Shown: positions 1-9,882 of the stretch, piece after piece
Layout of the letters: each line of letters opens with the position of its first letter
How positions within the stretch are numbered: position 1 is the first letter of the stretch
Origin: an uncultured Eubacteriales bacterium
GTDB taxonomy: Bacteria; Acidobacteriota; Aminicenantia; Aminicenantales; UBA8522
DNA length: 64,000 nt
Direction: 5' to 3'
NCBI GenBank assembly: GCA_964353705.1
Contig: CAYGXD010000003.1
Coordinates: forward strand, 891-64,890
Program-made: the position numbers and the translations under genes
The notes under the pieces: model-generated
What the model was told of the DNA's origin: nothing
The model's database searches: none
What the model saw: the letters and a program-made list of their open reading frames with translations, nothing else

Positions 1-649
1 TCAGATGCTCCAGTTCATAGCGGAAAAAGAAGCGCATGGGAAATGCCCATTCCCGGTTGTATTGACGTCCACCTTCATCCCAGGTAAAGGCCATGATCAC
101 TGACGTAATCTGATTGACGACGTCAGAAGTCGCGGAGGTCATGCGTCGGAGCCGCTGACCGGGAGCATACTCGCCGTCGAAATCGACAGTGGGAGGGAGC
201 CCATCGAGAAGCAGCTTCAAGTTGGGGACATACAGGTCGAAGACAAAGAGCCCGCCCGGAGTGAGATGATCGTATACGGTGTTGAGCGCCTTGATTTGGT
301 CTTCAATATCGATGATATGAGATAAAACGCGAAATGGGGCGATGATCAGGTCAAAGCGTTTCCCGAGGCCCATATTCACGAGATCGCCTTGCCGGATGCG
401 ATGATGATGGCGGGGCTCCAGTTTAGCGCGCAGCACGGAAAGCATCTCCTCGCTGTTATCCGCGCCGTGGACATCCGCTCCCCTGTCGAGCGCCTCGAGG
501 AAGATCCGGCCGGTCCCAACGCCGACCTCAAGAGACGGTCCACTGCATGAAACCAGCTTGTTCACGTAGTACGACTTGTCGGCGGCATCACGGACCTGCC
601 TATAGACGACGTCATAGAACTGCGCCACGAAGTCCGGATACTCGCTCAT
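1..649 (-). CDS. class I SAM-dependent methyltransferase (3-prime end runs off window start)
   Basis: Minus-strand ATG at 649 begins MSEYPDFVAQFYDVVYRQV... and contains SAM-binding motif I LEVGVGTGR and later a DLxxPF-like region. No stop codon before position 1. Confidence 0.7.
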   Translation of the reverse strand, partial: MSEYPDFVAQFYDVVYRQVRDAADKSYYVNKLVSCSGPSLEVGVGTGRIFLEALDRGADVHGADNSEEMLSVLRAKLEPRHHHRIRQGDLVNMGLGKRFDLIIAPFRVLSHIIDIEDQIKALNTVYDHLTPGGLFVFDLYVPNLKLLLDGLPPTVDFDGEYAPGQRLRRMTSATSDVVNQITSVIMAFTWDEGGRQYNREWAFPMRFFFRYELEHL

Positions 650-658
650 GGAAACTCC

Positions 659-1699
659 TCAATCCTTCGCCGCAAAGGAAAAATGCTGCTGGACCATAAC
701 CCAGCGGCCGTCTCGTTTTTCGAGAACGCCGGTCCAGCGCGTATTCTCCCAGTTCGCGGGCTGTCCCTTCCATTCGTTGATATCGTCAAGGAGACAGAAG
801 AACCAAGCCACGTCGCCGGATTGCGAGACCTTGATTTTAAGATCCCTGATCTCATAGCGGAGGGCCTTGAAGTCGGGGCTCGCCCAGATCTTCTCCGCCT
901 TCCTGAATTCCTCGATTCCCCTGACGACGGCTCCGTCGGGGTGCACTTCGAGGAAGTCCGGGTCATCGGCGATGACTCCGTAGAGGAGGGGGAAATCCTT
1001 GGTTTTAGCCCAGCCGATGCAGTCCCGGATGGATTGTTCAATCCGTCCGAGCTCGGCGGGGCGCAGGACGAAGACATTGTCGGCCTTGAGCCGGTCTTCG
1101 ATGACGGCGTCCAAAGTGAAACCGGCCGTACGCGCCTCTTCACCTACCGACTCCCACGTCAGCACCCTCCCGTTATCTTCGGTAAGCGAAGGTTTCGGCT
1201 CCACAAGGGCCACGATTCCCCACGGTTTCAAACTGGACAACAGGCTCTTGAGGAGGGGCACCGGGTCATCCACATGATGGTAAACCCAGGTCATGACAAC
1301 CAGGTCCAGGCTGTTTTGAGGAAAGCGGGCATCGTCGGGGAGGCTGAGGATGACCTCGACGTTGGCCAGCCCCTGGCGCCGGCATCGCGCCTTCAGATAT
1401 TCGACGGCCGCAGCGTCGATGTCATTGGCATAAACCTTGCCTTTATCGCCGACCCGGGCCGCGATATAGACGGTGACCCGGCCGTGTCCGGCGCCCACCT
1501 CGCCGACGATGAAGCCCGGCCGGATGCCGAGAATGTCCATGACCAGTTCCGGCGGCTGGACGTCGTTGAACCTTTTCTCCTGGGGTTCGGCGAGCTGTCC
1601 AGCGCTTTTGGCAGCTTGGGCCGCCTCCTGGGCGGTCAAGAAAACATTAAAAGCCGTCAGCAGAATACTGATAACGATGATTGTGCTTCCGCGATGTTT
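659..1699 (-). CDS. secreted or membrane-anchored SAM-dependent methyltransferase fused to a C-terminal NTF2/SnoaL-like (DUF4440-like) domain
   Basis: RBS GGAGAAAGG lies 5 nt before ATG at 1699 (MKHRGSTIIVISILLTAF...). Hydrophobic N-terminus, GEVGAGHGRVT motif I, and a C-terminal ~120 aa resembling NTF2-like folds. The longer ORF to 1741 lacks an RBS. Confidence 0.6.
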   Translation of the reverse strand, partial: KHRGSTIIVISILLTAFNVFLTAQEAAQAAKSAGQLAEPQEKRFNDVQPPELVMDILGIRPGFIVGEVGAGHGRVTVYIAARVGDKGKVYANDIDAAAVEYLKARCRRQGLANVEVILSLPDDARFPQNSLDLVVMTWVYHHVDDPVPLLKSLLSSLKPWGIVALVEPKPSLTEDNGRVLTWESVGEEARTAGFTLDAVIEDRLKADNVFVLRPAELGRIEQSIRDCIGWAKTKDFPLLYGVIADDPDFLEVHPDGAVVRGIEEFRKAEKIWASPDFKALRYEIRDLKIKVSQSGDVAWFFCLLDDINEWKGQPANWENTRWTGVLEKRDGRWVMVQQHFSFAAKD

Positions 1700-1850
1700 C
1701 ATGCGTCCTTTCTCCGTATTGTCTGCCATCACGTCCTTCACCCGGATTTCAATCCAGACCTCGAGTTCCAGAGTATCCTCTTTTAGTGTGACGATATCTG
1801 GCTATTCGGGAATGTCGGCTCTTCCCCAAATGTCCTTTCCCGGCCTCGGC

Positions 1851-3647
1851 TTATTGTTTGGGCCGGACCTTGTCGATGACATCGGCACGGGCCCAGTAAG
1901 CGTGGCTCTCGCCGTCGCGCTGGCTCAGGAAAAAAAGATACTTGCCGTCGGCTGTGACCAGCGGGCAGAGCTCGACAGACGGGCTGTTGACCTCGGGCCC
2001 CAACTTGACCGGATCGGACCAGGCGCCGTCCGTCGCCCGGAAGCTCACCCAGAGGTCGTACTGACGCTCGAAGAGGAGATAGCTCCCGTTTGGTGCGATA
2101 AAGGGAGTGTTCTCTCCGTCCGCGGAGTTGATTGGCTTGCCCACGTTCACCGGCTTTTCGTACTTTCCTCCCGAGAAGCGAGCCAGGTAGATATCCTGCA
2201 GGCCGAGGCTGTCTGCGGCCTGCCCGGCGAAATAGACATTTCGCTCCCGGTCCAGGGAGAACTCCCAATGCTTGTCCACAGAGTTGACGTTGGGGTCGAG
2301 AGGCTGGGGCTCGGACCAGCCGGCGGCCGTCCGGTCGGCGAACCAGATCTTCTCGCTTTCTTGCCCCTTTTCGCCGGGAAGCGGCCGGCGGGAGATGAAA
2401 TAGATCCTTTTGCCGTCGGGCGAAAAGAAGGGCACATCATCGTCAACATCCGGGCCCGAAAAGGACGCCCAGGCAGGCGGCGTCCAGCGGCCGTCGACCC
2501 GCTTCATCACGAGCAGGCCTCCCCGGGAATAGAGCTCACCCGGAAAGGACACCATCGGCGCCCAATAGACCTCGTTCCCATCCGGTGAAAAGACGGCCGT
2601 GCTGTGAATGCCCCAAATCGAGGAGATGATCCCCAGGCCGAATAGTTCGGGCTTTTCGCCCGGCGGTTTTTGGCCCAGATAATCTCCTTTGAGGACGGGG
2701 AACCGGATGTCGGATTTATCGGCGCCTTTTTCGGCCAGGAGCGCGGCCACTAGCTCCATTTTCCTCTCCAGAGCGACGTTGTATGCGGTCTGTCCCATGA
2801 TCGTCCGCACGTCGAGTGGAGATCCGTTCTTGATGAGCATCCGGGCGGCGTCCGTCCGGCCGTCGCGGGCGGCGTAATGCAGAGGCGTCCAGCCGAACCG
2901 GTCGGGCGTGGCCGGATTAAATCCTTTCTCCAGGATAAGGCCGACGATCTCGGCTGATCCGCCCGCCGCCGCGGAATGGAGGAGCCATTCGCCCGAGGCA
3001 TCCACGACCTTCAGGTCTTGAGATTTATCGGTCAAACGCCGGAAAAGACCGGCCAAGCCGTTGGAGGCCGCCTGGGAAAGCATCCCCTGCCAATTGCGGC
3101 CGCTCTCAGGTACAACGGCCCCTTTCTCGAGAAGAAGGTCCACAAAGTCGGTTTTTCCGCGCCAGGCGGCGAGCTCGAGCGCCGTGGACCCGAATTTATC
3201 CGCGGCGTTGACGTCCGCGCCGGCCTCGATGAGGACGCGGCCCGTGGCCGCTTGGCCTCGCTCGCGGGCGCAGAGAATAAGGGCCGTCCGCGCGTAATCG
3301 TCACGCGTCTCGAGGGCAGCCCCGCGCTTGAGCAGTGCGGCAACGGCTTCGTTGCGGTCATACATCGCCGCCAGGTGGAGCGGGGTTTTTTGCCGGGCGT
3401 CCTGGGGTTCGAGTTTCGCCCCCTTGTCGATGAAATAGTCTATGAGTTCGACCTTTCCTCCATGTGCGGCGTAATGCAAAGGGGTATCGCCGTCGCCGTC
3501 GCGCATTTCGAGGAGCTGCGGTGACTTCTCGATCAAAGCTTTGACGGCCGGGATATCCCCTTTGCGGAGCAAATCGAAGATCTCCTGCGGTTGCGCCGCG
3601 ACCGCCAGCGTCAAAACAAAAGCGAGAAATGTGGCTAATTTCCTCAT
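1851..3647 (-). CDS. secreted ankyrin-repeat / PD40 (TolB-like) beta-propeller fusion protein
   Basis: Signal peptide MRKLATFLAFVLTLAVAAQPQ. At least six ankyrin repeats (TPLHYAA..., TPLHLAA...). C-terminal half carries repeated FSPDG/SPDGKRIYF PD40 motifs. RBS GGAGAAAC before the ATG. Confidence 0.75.
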   Translation of the reverse strand: MRKLATFLAFVLTLAVAAQPQEIFDLLRKGDIPAVKALIEKSPQLLEMRDGDGDTPLHYAAHGGKVELIDYFIDKGAKLEPQDARQKTPLHLAAMYDRNEAVAALLKRGAALETRDDYARTALILCARERGQAATGRVLIEAGADVNAADKFGSTALELAAWRGKTDFVDLLLEKGAVVPESGRNWQGMLSQAASNGLAGLFRRLTDKSQDLKVVDASGEWLLHSAAAGGSAEIVGLILEKGFNPATPDRFGWTPLHYAARDGRTDAARMLIKNGSPLDVRTIMGQTAYNVALERKMELVAALLAEKGADKSDIRFPVLKGDYLGQKPPGEKPELFGLGIISSIWGIHSTAVFSPDGNEVYWAPMVSFPGELYSRGGLLVMKRVDGRWTPPAWASFSGPDVDDDVPFFSPDGKRIYFISRRPLPGEKGQESEKIWFADRTAAGWSEPQPLDPNVNSVDKHWEFSLDRERNVYFAGQAADSLGLQDIYLARFSGGKYEKPVNVGKPINSADGENTPFIAPNGSYLLFERQYDLWVSFRATDGAWSDPVKLGPEVNSPSVELCPLVTADGKYLFFLSQRDGESHAYWARADVIDKVRPKQ

Positions 3648-3738
3648 GGATGTTTCTCCTTTCTACATTTAATACGAAGGATTACCGGCACACCGGTCCG
3701 TTTGGGCAGGTTCCAGCATCATTTGATCCCTCCGTCGC

Positions 3739-4560
3739 TTAACATGAAAAAGTCGCGTCCCCTTCATCGGCTGCCGTATTGATAACCGGCCCCGTATTCC
3801 TGGCTTCCATCCAGTCGCCCGATGCATCCTTGAAACTGATGTAGAGATCGTAATTTCCGAAACCGCCCGGGTTATTGGAGTGAAATATCAAGCCCGTCTT
3901 ATCGGGAGAAACGCGGGGCGAGCTGATCCTGCCCCGATTGATCTTCTCGCTCAGCTTCACCGGCTCCTGCCATCTCCCGCCGCTCCACGCTGAACAATAG
4001 ACCTCCGCGGGCGGCCGACAGAAGTAGAAGCACGGTTCCGCGCTCAGGTACGGCTGCACCTCAACGCCGTCCGTGTTGATGGGGGCTCCCATATTTCTGG
4101 GCTCGCCCCATTTCCCTTCGGCCTTTTCGACAAACCAGATATCGGGCGTCCGTTCCGGCTCCCCGTCTTTATTCCGGGGTCTGTTCGAGACAAAAAATAG
4201 GGTGTTCCCGTCGGGAGATAGCGAGGGCTCGTTGGTGATAAAATCTCTTGAAAACGGCAGGATCTCCGGAGCTTTCCATTGCTCCCCATCCCGGACGATC
4301 CTCACGATCGTATTGAGATTGTCCGGCGGCTTCCTTTCCCAATAAATGATCTCGCTCCTATCCGGGGAGATATTCAATTTGGCCTGGGCCCCTTCTTTCG
4401 ATACAAGACCTGGCGCGAATATCTCGGGGATCATCCCCGGCGGCCTCTGGCCGAGGTAGGGGCCGGTGAGTTTAGGAAAATCGCCTGGCTGTGAAGACAA
4501 GCGCATGGCCACATAAAAGAGCAGCCCTAAAACGAACGCGGGCCTTTTCATCATGAGCAC
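3739..4560 (-). CDS. secreted PD40 beta-propeller repeat protein (TolB-like)
   Basis: Signal peptide. Motifs LSPDGNTLFF and VSPDKTGLIFHSN. Shares the motif PYLGQRPPGMIPEIF with DYLGQKPPGEKPELF of the 1851..3647 protein, suggesting paralogy. Confidence 0.7.
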   Translation of the reverse strand: MLMMKRPAFVLGLLFYVAMRLSSQPGDFPKLTGPYLGQRPPGMIPEIFAPGLVSKEGAQAKLNISPDRSEIIYWERKPPDNLNTIVRIVRDGEQWKAPEILPFSRDFITNEPSLSPDGNTLFFVSNRPRNKDGEPERTPDIWFVEKAEGKWGEPRNMGAPINTDGVEVQPYLSAEPCFYFCRPPAEVYCSAWSGGRWQEPVKLSEKINRGRISSPRVSPDKTGLIFHSNNPGGFGNYDLYISFKDASGDWMEARNTGPVINTAADEGDATFSC

Positions 4561-4570
4561 CTCGGCGAAA

Positions 4571-4885
4571 CTAATCTTTCGGTCTCAGGTCCTCGATGAA
4601 GCCGGCATCCACCCAGTGGATCTGGCCGCCGACTACGAAGAAAAGATATTTCCCATCCGCTGTCACAAAGGGATTGAGGCCGCCGGGGCTCTGGATGATC
4701 TCGCTGAGATCCCGGCCCGGAGTCCACGTCCCGTCCTTTTTCCTGTAGCTGATACAGAGCTTAGCCGGTTTTTGACTCCTGGTAAAAAGAAGATAGCTTC
4801 CGTCGGGGGAAATAAAGGGGGAATCGTCGCCCTGCTCCGTTTCTCTATAACTATCCTGAAAGACCGAATCCTGCCCGGCCTGCAT
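4571..4885 (-). pseudogene. C-terminal remnant of a PD40 paralog (no signal peptide, no RBS)
   Basis: The 104 aa ORF ends VTADGKYLFFVVGGQIHWVDAGFIEDLRPKD, near-identical in pattern to the C-terminus of the 1851..3647 protein (VTADGKYLFFLSQRDGESHAYWARADVIDKVRPKQ). No N-terminal propeller or signal sequence lies upstream. Confidence 0.45.
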
Positions 4886-4987
4886 CTGTACCTGAATGGC
4901 CAGGAGGGGAAAACTCTATTCGATGATTTTGATAGAAAGCCGGCAGAAGCTATCTACTCTTGAATAAAACAGGCCCCGGCCGCAGCG

Positions 4988-5434
4988 TCACGAGTGCTGG
5001 TGATAGATCTTGCCAACGATTTTCCAGCCGTCGGGGAAACGGTAGAGCGACAGGTAGTCGGTGAAGACGTGTTTGCCTTCCCGGCTGAGCTCGAGCTTGA
5101 CGGCGGCGGCGTTCCCCGTGACGTCGACCTGGACGAATTTGCAGGAGACGAGCGGAGGCTTCTGGCCCTGGGCCTTCCTCTTTTCCGCGGAAGCGATCCA
5201 ATCGGCGATAGGAAAGCGGGTTAGCTTTCCGTCCTGCAGGCCGAGCAGCACGAAGTCCGGATGGAATCCGGCCCGGGTCTTCTCCAGGTCCCCGAGGTTC
5301 ATCAGGCCGTCCACATAGGCGGTCTGGATGAAGGCCTTAATGGCCTCTTCGTCCTGGCCTCCCTGGGCCCGGAGGAAAACGGGTGCGGAAAGCAGGGCGA
5401 CGAGGACCGCGACGATCATGATTCTTTTTATCAT
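4988..5434 (-). CDS. secreted NTF2-like / DUF4440-family small protein
   Basis: RBS GGAAAGGAGAT before ATG at 5434 (MIKRIMIVAVLVALLSAPVFLRAQ signal peptide). The ~125 aa mature part has an NTF2-like pattern (YVDGLMNLGDLEK...FVQVDVTGNAAAV...YRFPDGWKIV). Confidence 0.55.
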   Translation of the reverse strand: MIKRIMIVAVLVALLSAPVFLRAQGGQDEEAIKAFIQTAYVDGLMNLGDLEKTRAGFHPDFVLLGLQDGKLTRFPIADWIASAEKRKAQGQKPPLVSCKFVQVDVTGNAAAVKLELSREGKHVFTDYLSLYRFPDGWKIVGKIYHQHS

Positions 5435-5523
5435 CGGATCTCCTTTCCCGGACAGCTTTTTCATGGCTGTTCTCGCTGCCGGTCAATTATTTTTAATGCA
5501 TCCGACAGAGACATGGGCGCCTT

Positions 5524-7281
5524 TCATCGCGGCAAAATGGTTGCCGGCTCCGCAAATTCTCCGCCATCCAAGCCTGCAGGCTGACTGTGTTCTCTATTAA
5601 TTCGCTCGATCATTTGTGCTGCGTTCTCATTATCAGGATTCAACTCCAGCGATTTCTTGTAGTACTGGAGTGAAAGATCCGTTTTTTTCATGTTGTAGCA
5701 GCATTCGCCCAGGCTGTCCCAGACATTGAAGGAGCTTGGAAAAAGCATGGTATTAAGAAGAAAGACCCGATACGCTCTTTCCAGATCGCCGTTCTGCATT
5801 AAAACATAGCCTTTGTCATTATTGCCGTCCTCAAGGATTCCGGGATCCAGCACTGTCCACCACTCATATTCCTTATATTTCTGCTTCAGCTGTTGATAAT
5901 GAACAACCGCCGCTTCCGCTCCTTCATCGGCCGCGAATTCTGCAACCGATCTCCAATCTCCACTCAAGATCAAATCCACAGCCGGATCAACTCCGTTGAA
6001 GTAATCATGGCTCGAAAACGCCGCCGGAAAATGGGGGATAAAATATTCAGGGTTGCTGAAAGGCCATCTGTTTGTATAGTGCTGACTGGCAATCCAAAGA
6101 GGAAAGCCGCTGTTGGGCAGATTGCCGGCAGGTCGGCTGTTGGAAAACAAGTCGGCGCCGCAGGCATCCGGCTCTCCCACAAATAAAGCCTTCGTATGAA
6201 CCGCGAGCTCATACATGAATATGGAAGCGGCACTGTACGTTTTCTTGCTCGAGATGACATAAAGACCGCCTTCTTTATTGATAAACTCCCTTCTGATGAT
6301 CTGATTAAGAAAGGGAAGTATCAAGGTGCCGTTGCCTCCATTGTTGTAGCGAAGGTCAATAATGAACTTGCTGATGTTCTGGGCATTTTGGTCGATATAA
6401 TCCCACATCCGGGCGGAGAACCGGGCAAAGCTTTCCTCATGATTGGGCTGGTTCATGACTTGATTGAATTGGAAATATATCGTTTTTTCTTTGACGAGGT
6501 GGTCAAACCAGTAGAATTGGATCCCCTGTCCTTGATTCCTAAAATGCAGCGACCCCCTTTCCCCAAGCCTCGCAAGGGGGCTGACATATTCCCCTTTTGT
6601 CGGGCCGACATTAAGAGGGAAGCTCCATCCGTACTCCACAGGGCTGTCCTCAAAGAGGGAAGAGAGGGTGAGTTTCGCCGGTTCTTCAGTACCCAGGACC
6701 AACTCCAGGTCCATATGGTCGGGGTTATCAATGACTTTCAAACCAGACAATACGCGGGCAAAGGAAATTCCATTCAAAGCCCAGTATCTTCTTCCAAACT
6801 TGTTGTCACCGCTGACGGCTTTTTCTATCGCGGCCAAGACATTTTCTATGGGCCGGCCATTTATGGCCCTTAAACGAGCCCCCAGAAACTTCTGCTGTTC
6901 TTTCTTGATTGTCGTGATGTAAACTCCATCTGTGAATTCAGACACCCGGAAGGGGAACCTCAAGTCAAGGAGATGGAAAAGGCCGTCATCCGACAAACCC
7001 GTATGCCCGTCTTCAATAATCGCCACTATTTTTCTTAGGGCCCAGTAGCATTCCAAATCCGCTCTTGATTGAGCGATTTCACGACGGGATTCGGCCACGA
7101 TCGAATCGAATCTTGTTTTGTCTGTTTTATAGAAAAGATGAGGATGCTTTGATTCTAATTTCGTGACGACGAATTCAAGATCTTCCAACCATTGTGCCGT
7201 TGTCAGCCGTTTTTCTTGGGAGGCAACAGGCTGGAAAGCAGCGGCCAAGATCAGGACTAAATAGAGAATCGGCCCTTTCAT
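5524..7281 (-). CDS. S41-family peptidase (C-terminal processing/tricorn-core type) with C-terminal TPR repeats, secreted
   Basis: RBS GAGAAAGGAG before ATG at 7281 (MKGPILYLVLILAAAF signal). IIDLRYNNGGNGTLILPF and SAASIFMYELA...VGEPD match the S41 LIxDLRxNxGG...SASExF...VGE pattern. C-terminus is TPR-like (YYKKSLELNPDNENAAQ). Confidence 0.7.
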   Translation of the reverse strand: MKGPILYLVLILAAAFQPVASQEKRLTTAQWLEDLEFVVTKLESKHPHLFYKTDKTRFDSIVAESRREIAQSRADLECYWALRKIVAIIEDGHTGLSDDGLFHLLDLRFPFRVSEFTDGVYITTIKKEQQKFLGARLRAINGRPIENVLAAIEKAVSGDNKFGRRYWALNGISFARVLSGLKVIDNPDHMDLELVLGTEEPAKLTLSSLFEDSPVEYGWSFPLNVGPTKGEYVSPLARLGERGSLHFRNQGQGIQFYWFDHLVKEKTIYFQFNQVMNQPNHEESFARFSARMWDYIDQNAQNISKFIIDLRYNNGGNGTLILPFLNQIIRREFINKEGGLYVISSKKTYSAASIFMYELAVHTKALFVGEPDACGADLFSNSRPAGNLPNSGFPLWIASQHYTNRWPFSNPEYFIPHFPAAFSSHDYFNGVDPAVDLILSGDWRSVAEFAADEGAEAAVVHYQQLKQKYKEYEWWTVLDPGILEDGNNDKGYVLMQNGDLERAYRVFLLNTMLFPSSFNVWDSLGECCYNMKKTDLSLQYYKKSLELNPDNENAAQMIERINREHSQPAGLDGGEFAEPATILPR

Positions 7282-7393
7282 AACGGCTCCTTTCTCTAGA
7301 GATAGGCACACCCATATGATCCTTTTGCCCCCAGATACGCGGGCTGGTAGTGATCCGATATTCCGTAAAACGGCCCGCAGGTTATGATTTGGG

Positions 7394-9802
7394 CTATGGC
7401 CATGGGGGATATTTTCCTAATCGAGTGAACAGCCTGAACCGGTCGCCCTTGTTCTCGGGACAAATGACCCGCGATGGCAGCTTCTTTGCGGCCGCTTCCC
7501 GAGCGAAGGCGCCGTACATGTATTCCCGGTTATAGGCATGGATCGGGAAGACGACACGAGGCTTGAGCGATTCGGCCTGCGGGAACTTCCCGATGAAGGC
7601 GAGGTCGATCGTTCCCGCCTTTTCGAGGAAATAATCCATATCGGCGCGGAAAGTATCGATCGGGCCCATATAGTCGCCCGAATGATAGATCGCTAGACCA
7701 TCCACTTTGACCAGATAGGCGACCTCGGGAACGTCGTTGTGCTCGCAATTCACGGTGAAGATCTCCATCGCCCCGAGTGTCTTCGTGGCCCTGGGCGCCG
7801 GCATGTCGATCGTGCGTTCCCCTTTCCTCGCATTCCAGCCGAAGGCGTAAGTGATATCTTTGATTATCGGACGCCAGGAGAGGATCACCGGATCGAAGTG
7901 ATCGCCATGGGCATGGGAGATAAAGACGGTGACATCTTGGTCTTTGATTTCATCCGGATTGACGAAGCCATTGGCCAGGGATGGCTTCTCCGGCCGCGGC
8001 CCGCCTCGGCTGAAGTAATCGAAAATGAGGAGACGGGTCCGGGTTTTGACCGCGAAACCGCAATGTCCCAGGGACCAGACGATCGCCTCTCCCTCCTTGA
8101 GGGGCTTGGCCAGTTGTGCGGCGACATCCTGAGGCGGTGGCCCCGGCGTCGGCTCCGCTCCGGCATCCTTAAGCTTTCCCGCGATGGCCGGGTACGAATA
8201 TTCCCCGGCCAGGTCAAGCGGAGTCCTCCCTTGCCCGTCTTTTATCTTTGGATCCGCCCCTTTTTGGAGAAGAAAGCTGACCATATCGGTCCGTCCTTTT
8301 TTTACGGCCAAGTGCAAGGGAGTTGACCCCTCAGGGTCCAGGGCATCGACCATGGCGCCCTTGTCAAGGAGCATCTGGGCGATTTCAAAGCTGCCCCCTT
8401 GAGCGGCCCGCTGGAAAGGCGTCCGGCCGGATTCGTCCTTCAGGTTGACGGGAACCCCTTTCCCCAACACAAACGATGCCGGCTGAGTCATTCCGAGATA
8501 GGCCACCCGATGAAGCGGATATTTGTCGAGTAGATCCCTGTTCTTGAGGGCTTCAGCCCGGGGCCAAAGCTTTTCGACTAGCCCGACAAAACCGTTCCCC
8601 AAAGGAAAGGTCAGAGGCGTTTCATTGAGTTTGTTCCGGACGTCGAGCTTCGCGCCGTGCTCGAGCAGCCATTCGATGACGTCTTCGCGGCCGGCCTGGC
8701 TGACATAGAGGAGGGGAGTCGATCCTTCTTCGTTCAGGGCGTTGACGTCCGCGCCGCGCTTGATCAGGACGTCGAGGAGGTGCAGATTGCCTGAGAACGC
8801 CGCGTCATGAAGGGGGGTGGACTGATAATAATCACGGCTCATGACGTTCGCTCCACGGGAGAGAAGGAAATCCGCGGCCTTATCCGACCCGGCTTCCGCG
8901 GCCTTGAGAAGCGGCGTACGGCCGTAGCGGTCAGGACCGTCAATAGGAAAACCGGCCTTTACGAGGCGGTCCATCAAGTCGATCATGTCGCCGGCCGCGG
9001 CGCAATGTAGGAGGCTCCGGCCGTCGCGACAGACGGCCTTCACGTCGGCGCCCTCAGCGATCAGCATGTCCACCATGTCTTGGCGTCCTCCCGAAGCGGC
9101 AAAGTGGAGGGGAGTTTGGCCGAGGTCATCGGCGGCGTTGACGTTCGTACCGCCGGCGAGCAGTTTTTCGACCAGGGCCTTCAACCCTCCCGCCGCCGCC
9201 GAATGAATCAGGGTTCCGCCGCCGTCATTTTTTGATGCCAAGTCAGCCCCGTGGGCCAGGAGGTAATCAACCAGCGAGAGGAATCCGGCCGAGGCCGCCC
9301 GGTGGAGGAGGGCTCTCCCCGCCTCTCCTGTGGTCTCGACCTTAAGGCCGCCTTCAAGAAGCGTCCCGACCGCCTCCGGATGCCGACCGTAGAAGGCTGA
9401 TTCGAGCGTGGATACGCCGCGTGTGCTCAGGGCATTGGGGTCGGCGCCGGCTTTGATCAGGGCCCGGGCCGCTTCGACCTGCCCGGCCCAGGCCGCCCAG
9501 TGGAGCGGCGTGAATCCGTCGGGATCGGTCGCCTTGATATCGGCGCCGTTGGCGATGAGGAAGGCGACGATTTCCATATTCCCCAAGTCGCAGGCGAAAT
9601 GGAGAGGGGTCCGTCCCCGGTCGTCTTTTTCGTCGACGGCCTTGGGATCTGCGACGACGAGCACCTTGACCTTGGCCAGGTCGCCCGCCCGGACAGCGTC
9701 ATGGATCTCTTGAGCACCGATAGTGATCGCAAGAACGGATATGAAAACTGGGAGGATAGCACTCCTTTTCATGGAAACGAGAATCCTCTTCAAATAGCTC
9801 AT
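7394..9802 (-). CDS. secreted ankyrin-repeat protein fused to a C-terminal metallo-beta-lactamase-fold domain
   Basis: Hydrophobic N-terminus. More than 12 ankyrin repeats (TPLHFAC, TPLHWAA, TLIHSAA...). C-terminal ~230 aa carry HCGFAVKT...ISHAHGDHFDP (MBL HxHxDH motif). RBS GGAGAAAGGGG lies upstream of ATG 9802. Confidence 0.7.
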   Translation of the reverse strand: MSYLKRILVSMKRSAILPVFISVLAITIGAQEIHDAVRAGDLAKVKVLVVADPKAVDEKDDRGRTPLHFACDLGNMEIVAFLIANGADIKATDPDGFTPLHWAAWAGQVEAARALIKAGADPNALSTRGVSTLESAFYGRHPEAVGTLLEGGLKVETTGEAGRALLHRAASAGFLSLVDYLLAHGADLASKNDGGGTLIHSAAAGGLKALVEKLLAGGTNVNAADDLGQTPLHFAASGGRQDMVDMLIAEGADVKAVCRDGRSLLHCAAAGDMIDLMDRLVKAGFPIDGPDRYGRTPLLKAAEAGSDKAADFLLSRGANVMSRDYYQSTPLHDAAFSGNLHLLDVLIKRGADVNALNEEGSTPLLYVSQAGREDVIEWLLEHGAKLDVRNKLNETPLTFPLGNGFVGLVEKLWPRAEALKNRDLLDKYPLHRVAYLGMTQPASFVLGKGVPVNLKDESGRTPFQRAAQGGSFEIAQMLLDKGAMVDALDPEGSTPLHLAVKKGRTDMVSFLLQKGADPKIKDGQGRTPLDLAGEYSYPAIAGKLKDAGAEPTPGPPPQDVAAQLAKPLKEGEAIVWSLGHCGFAVKTRTRLLIFDYFSRGGPRPEKPSLANGFVNPDEIKDQDVTVFISHAHGDHFDPVILSWRPIIKDITYAFGWNARKGERTIDMPAPRATKTLGAMEIFTVNCEHNDVPEVAYLVKVDGLAIYHSGDYMGPIDTFRADMDYFLEKAGTIDLAFIGKFPQAESLKPRVVFPIHAYNREYMYGAFAREAAAKKLPSRVICPENKGDRFRLFTRLGKYPPWP

Positions 9803-9882
9803 TTCTTTAGCCCCTTTCTCCTGACAAGACTAACCGCCTCCGCTTCAGCGAGTCCGCGGGAGCCTAGTCCCTTAGCGACCGC

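Noticed and set aside
683-2588. Long plus-strand ORFs (683..1786, 1473..2588) overlapping the minus-strand methyltransferase and Ank-PD40 genes
   Set aside because: Proline/arginine/glycine-rich, low-complexity translations typical of antisense frames in GC-rich DNA. They have no RBS and no recognisable motifs, and the opposite-strand genes have clear domains.
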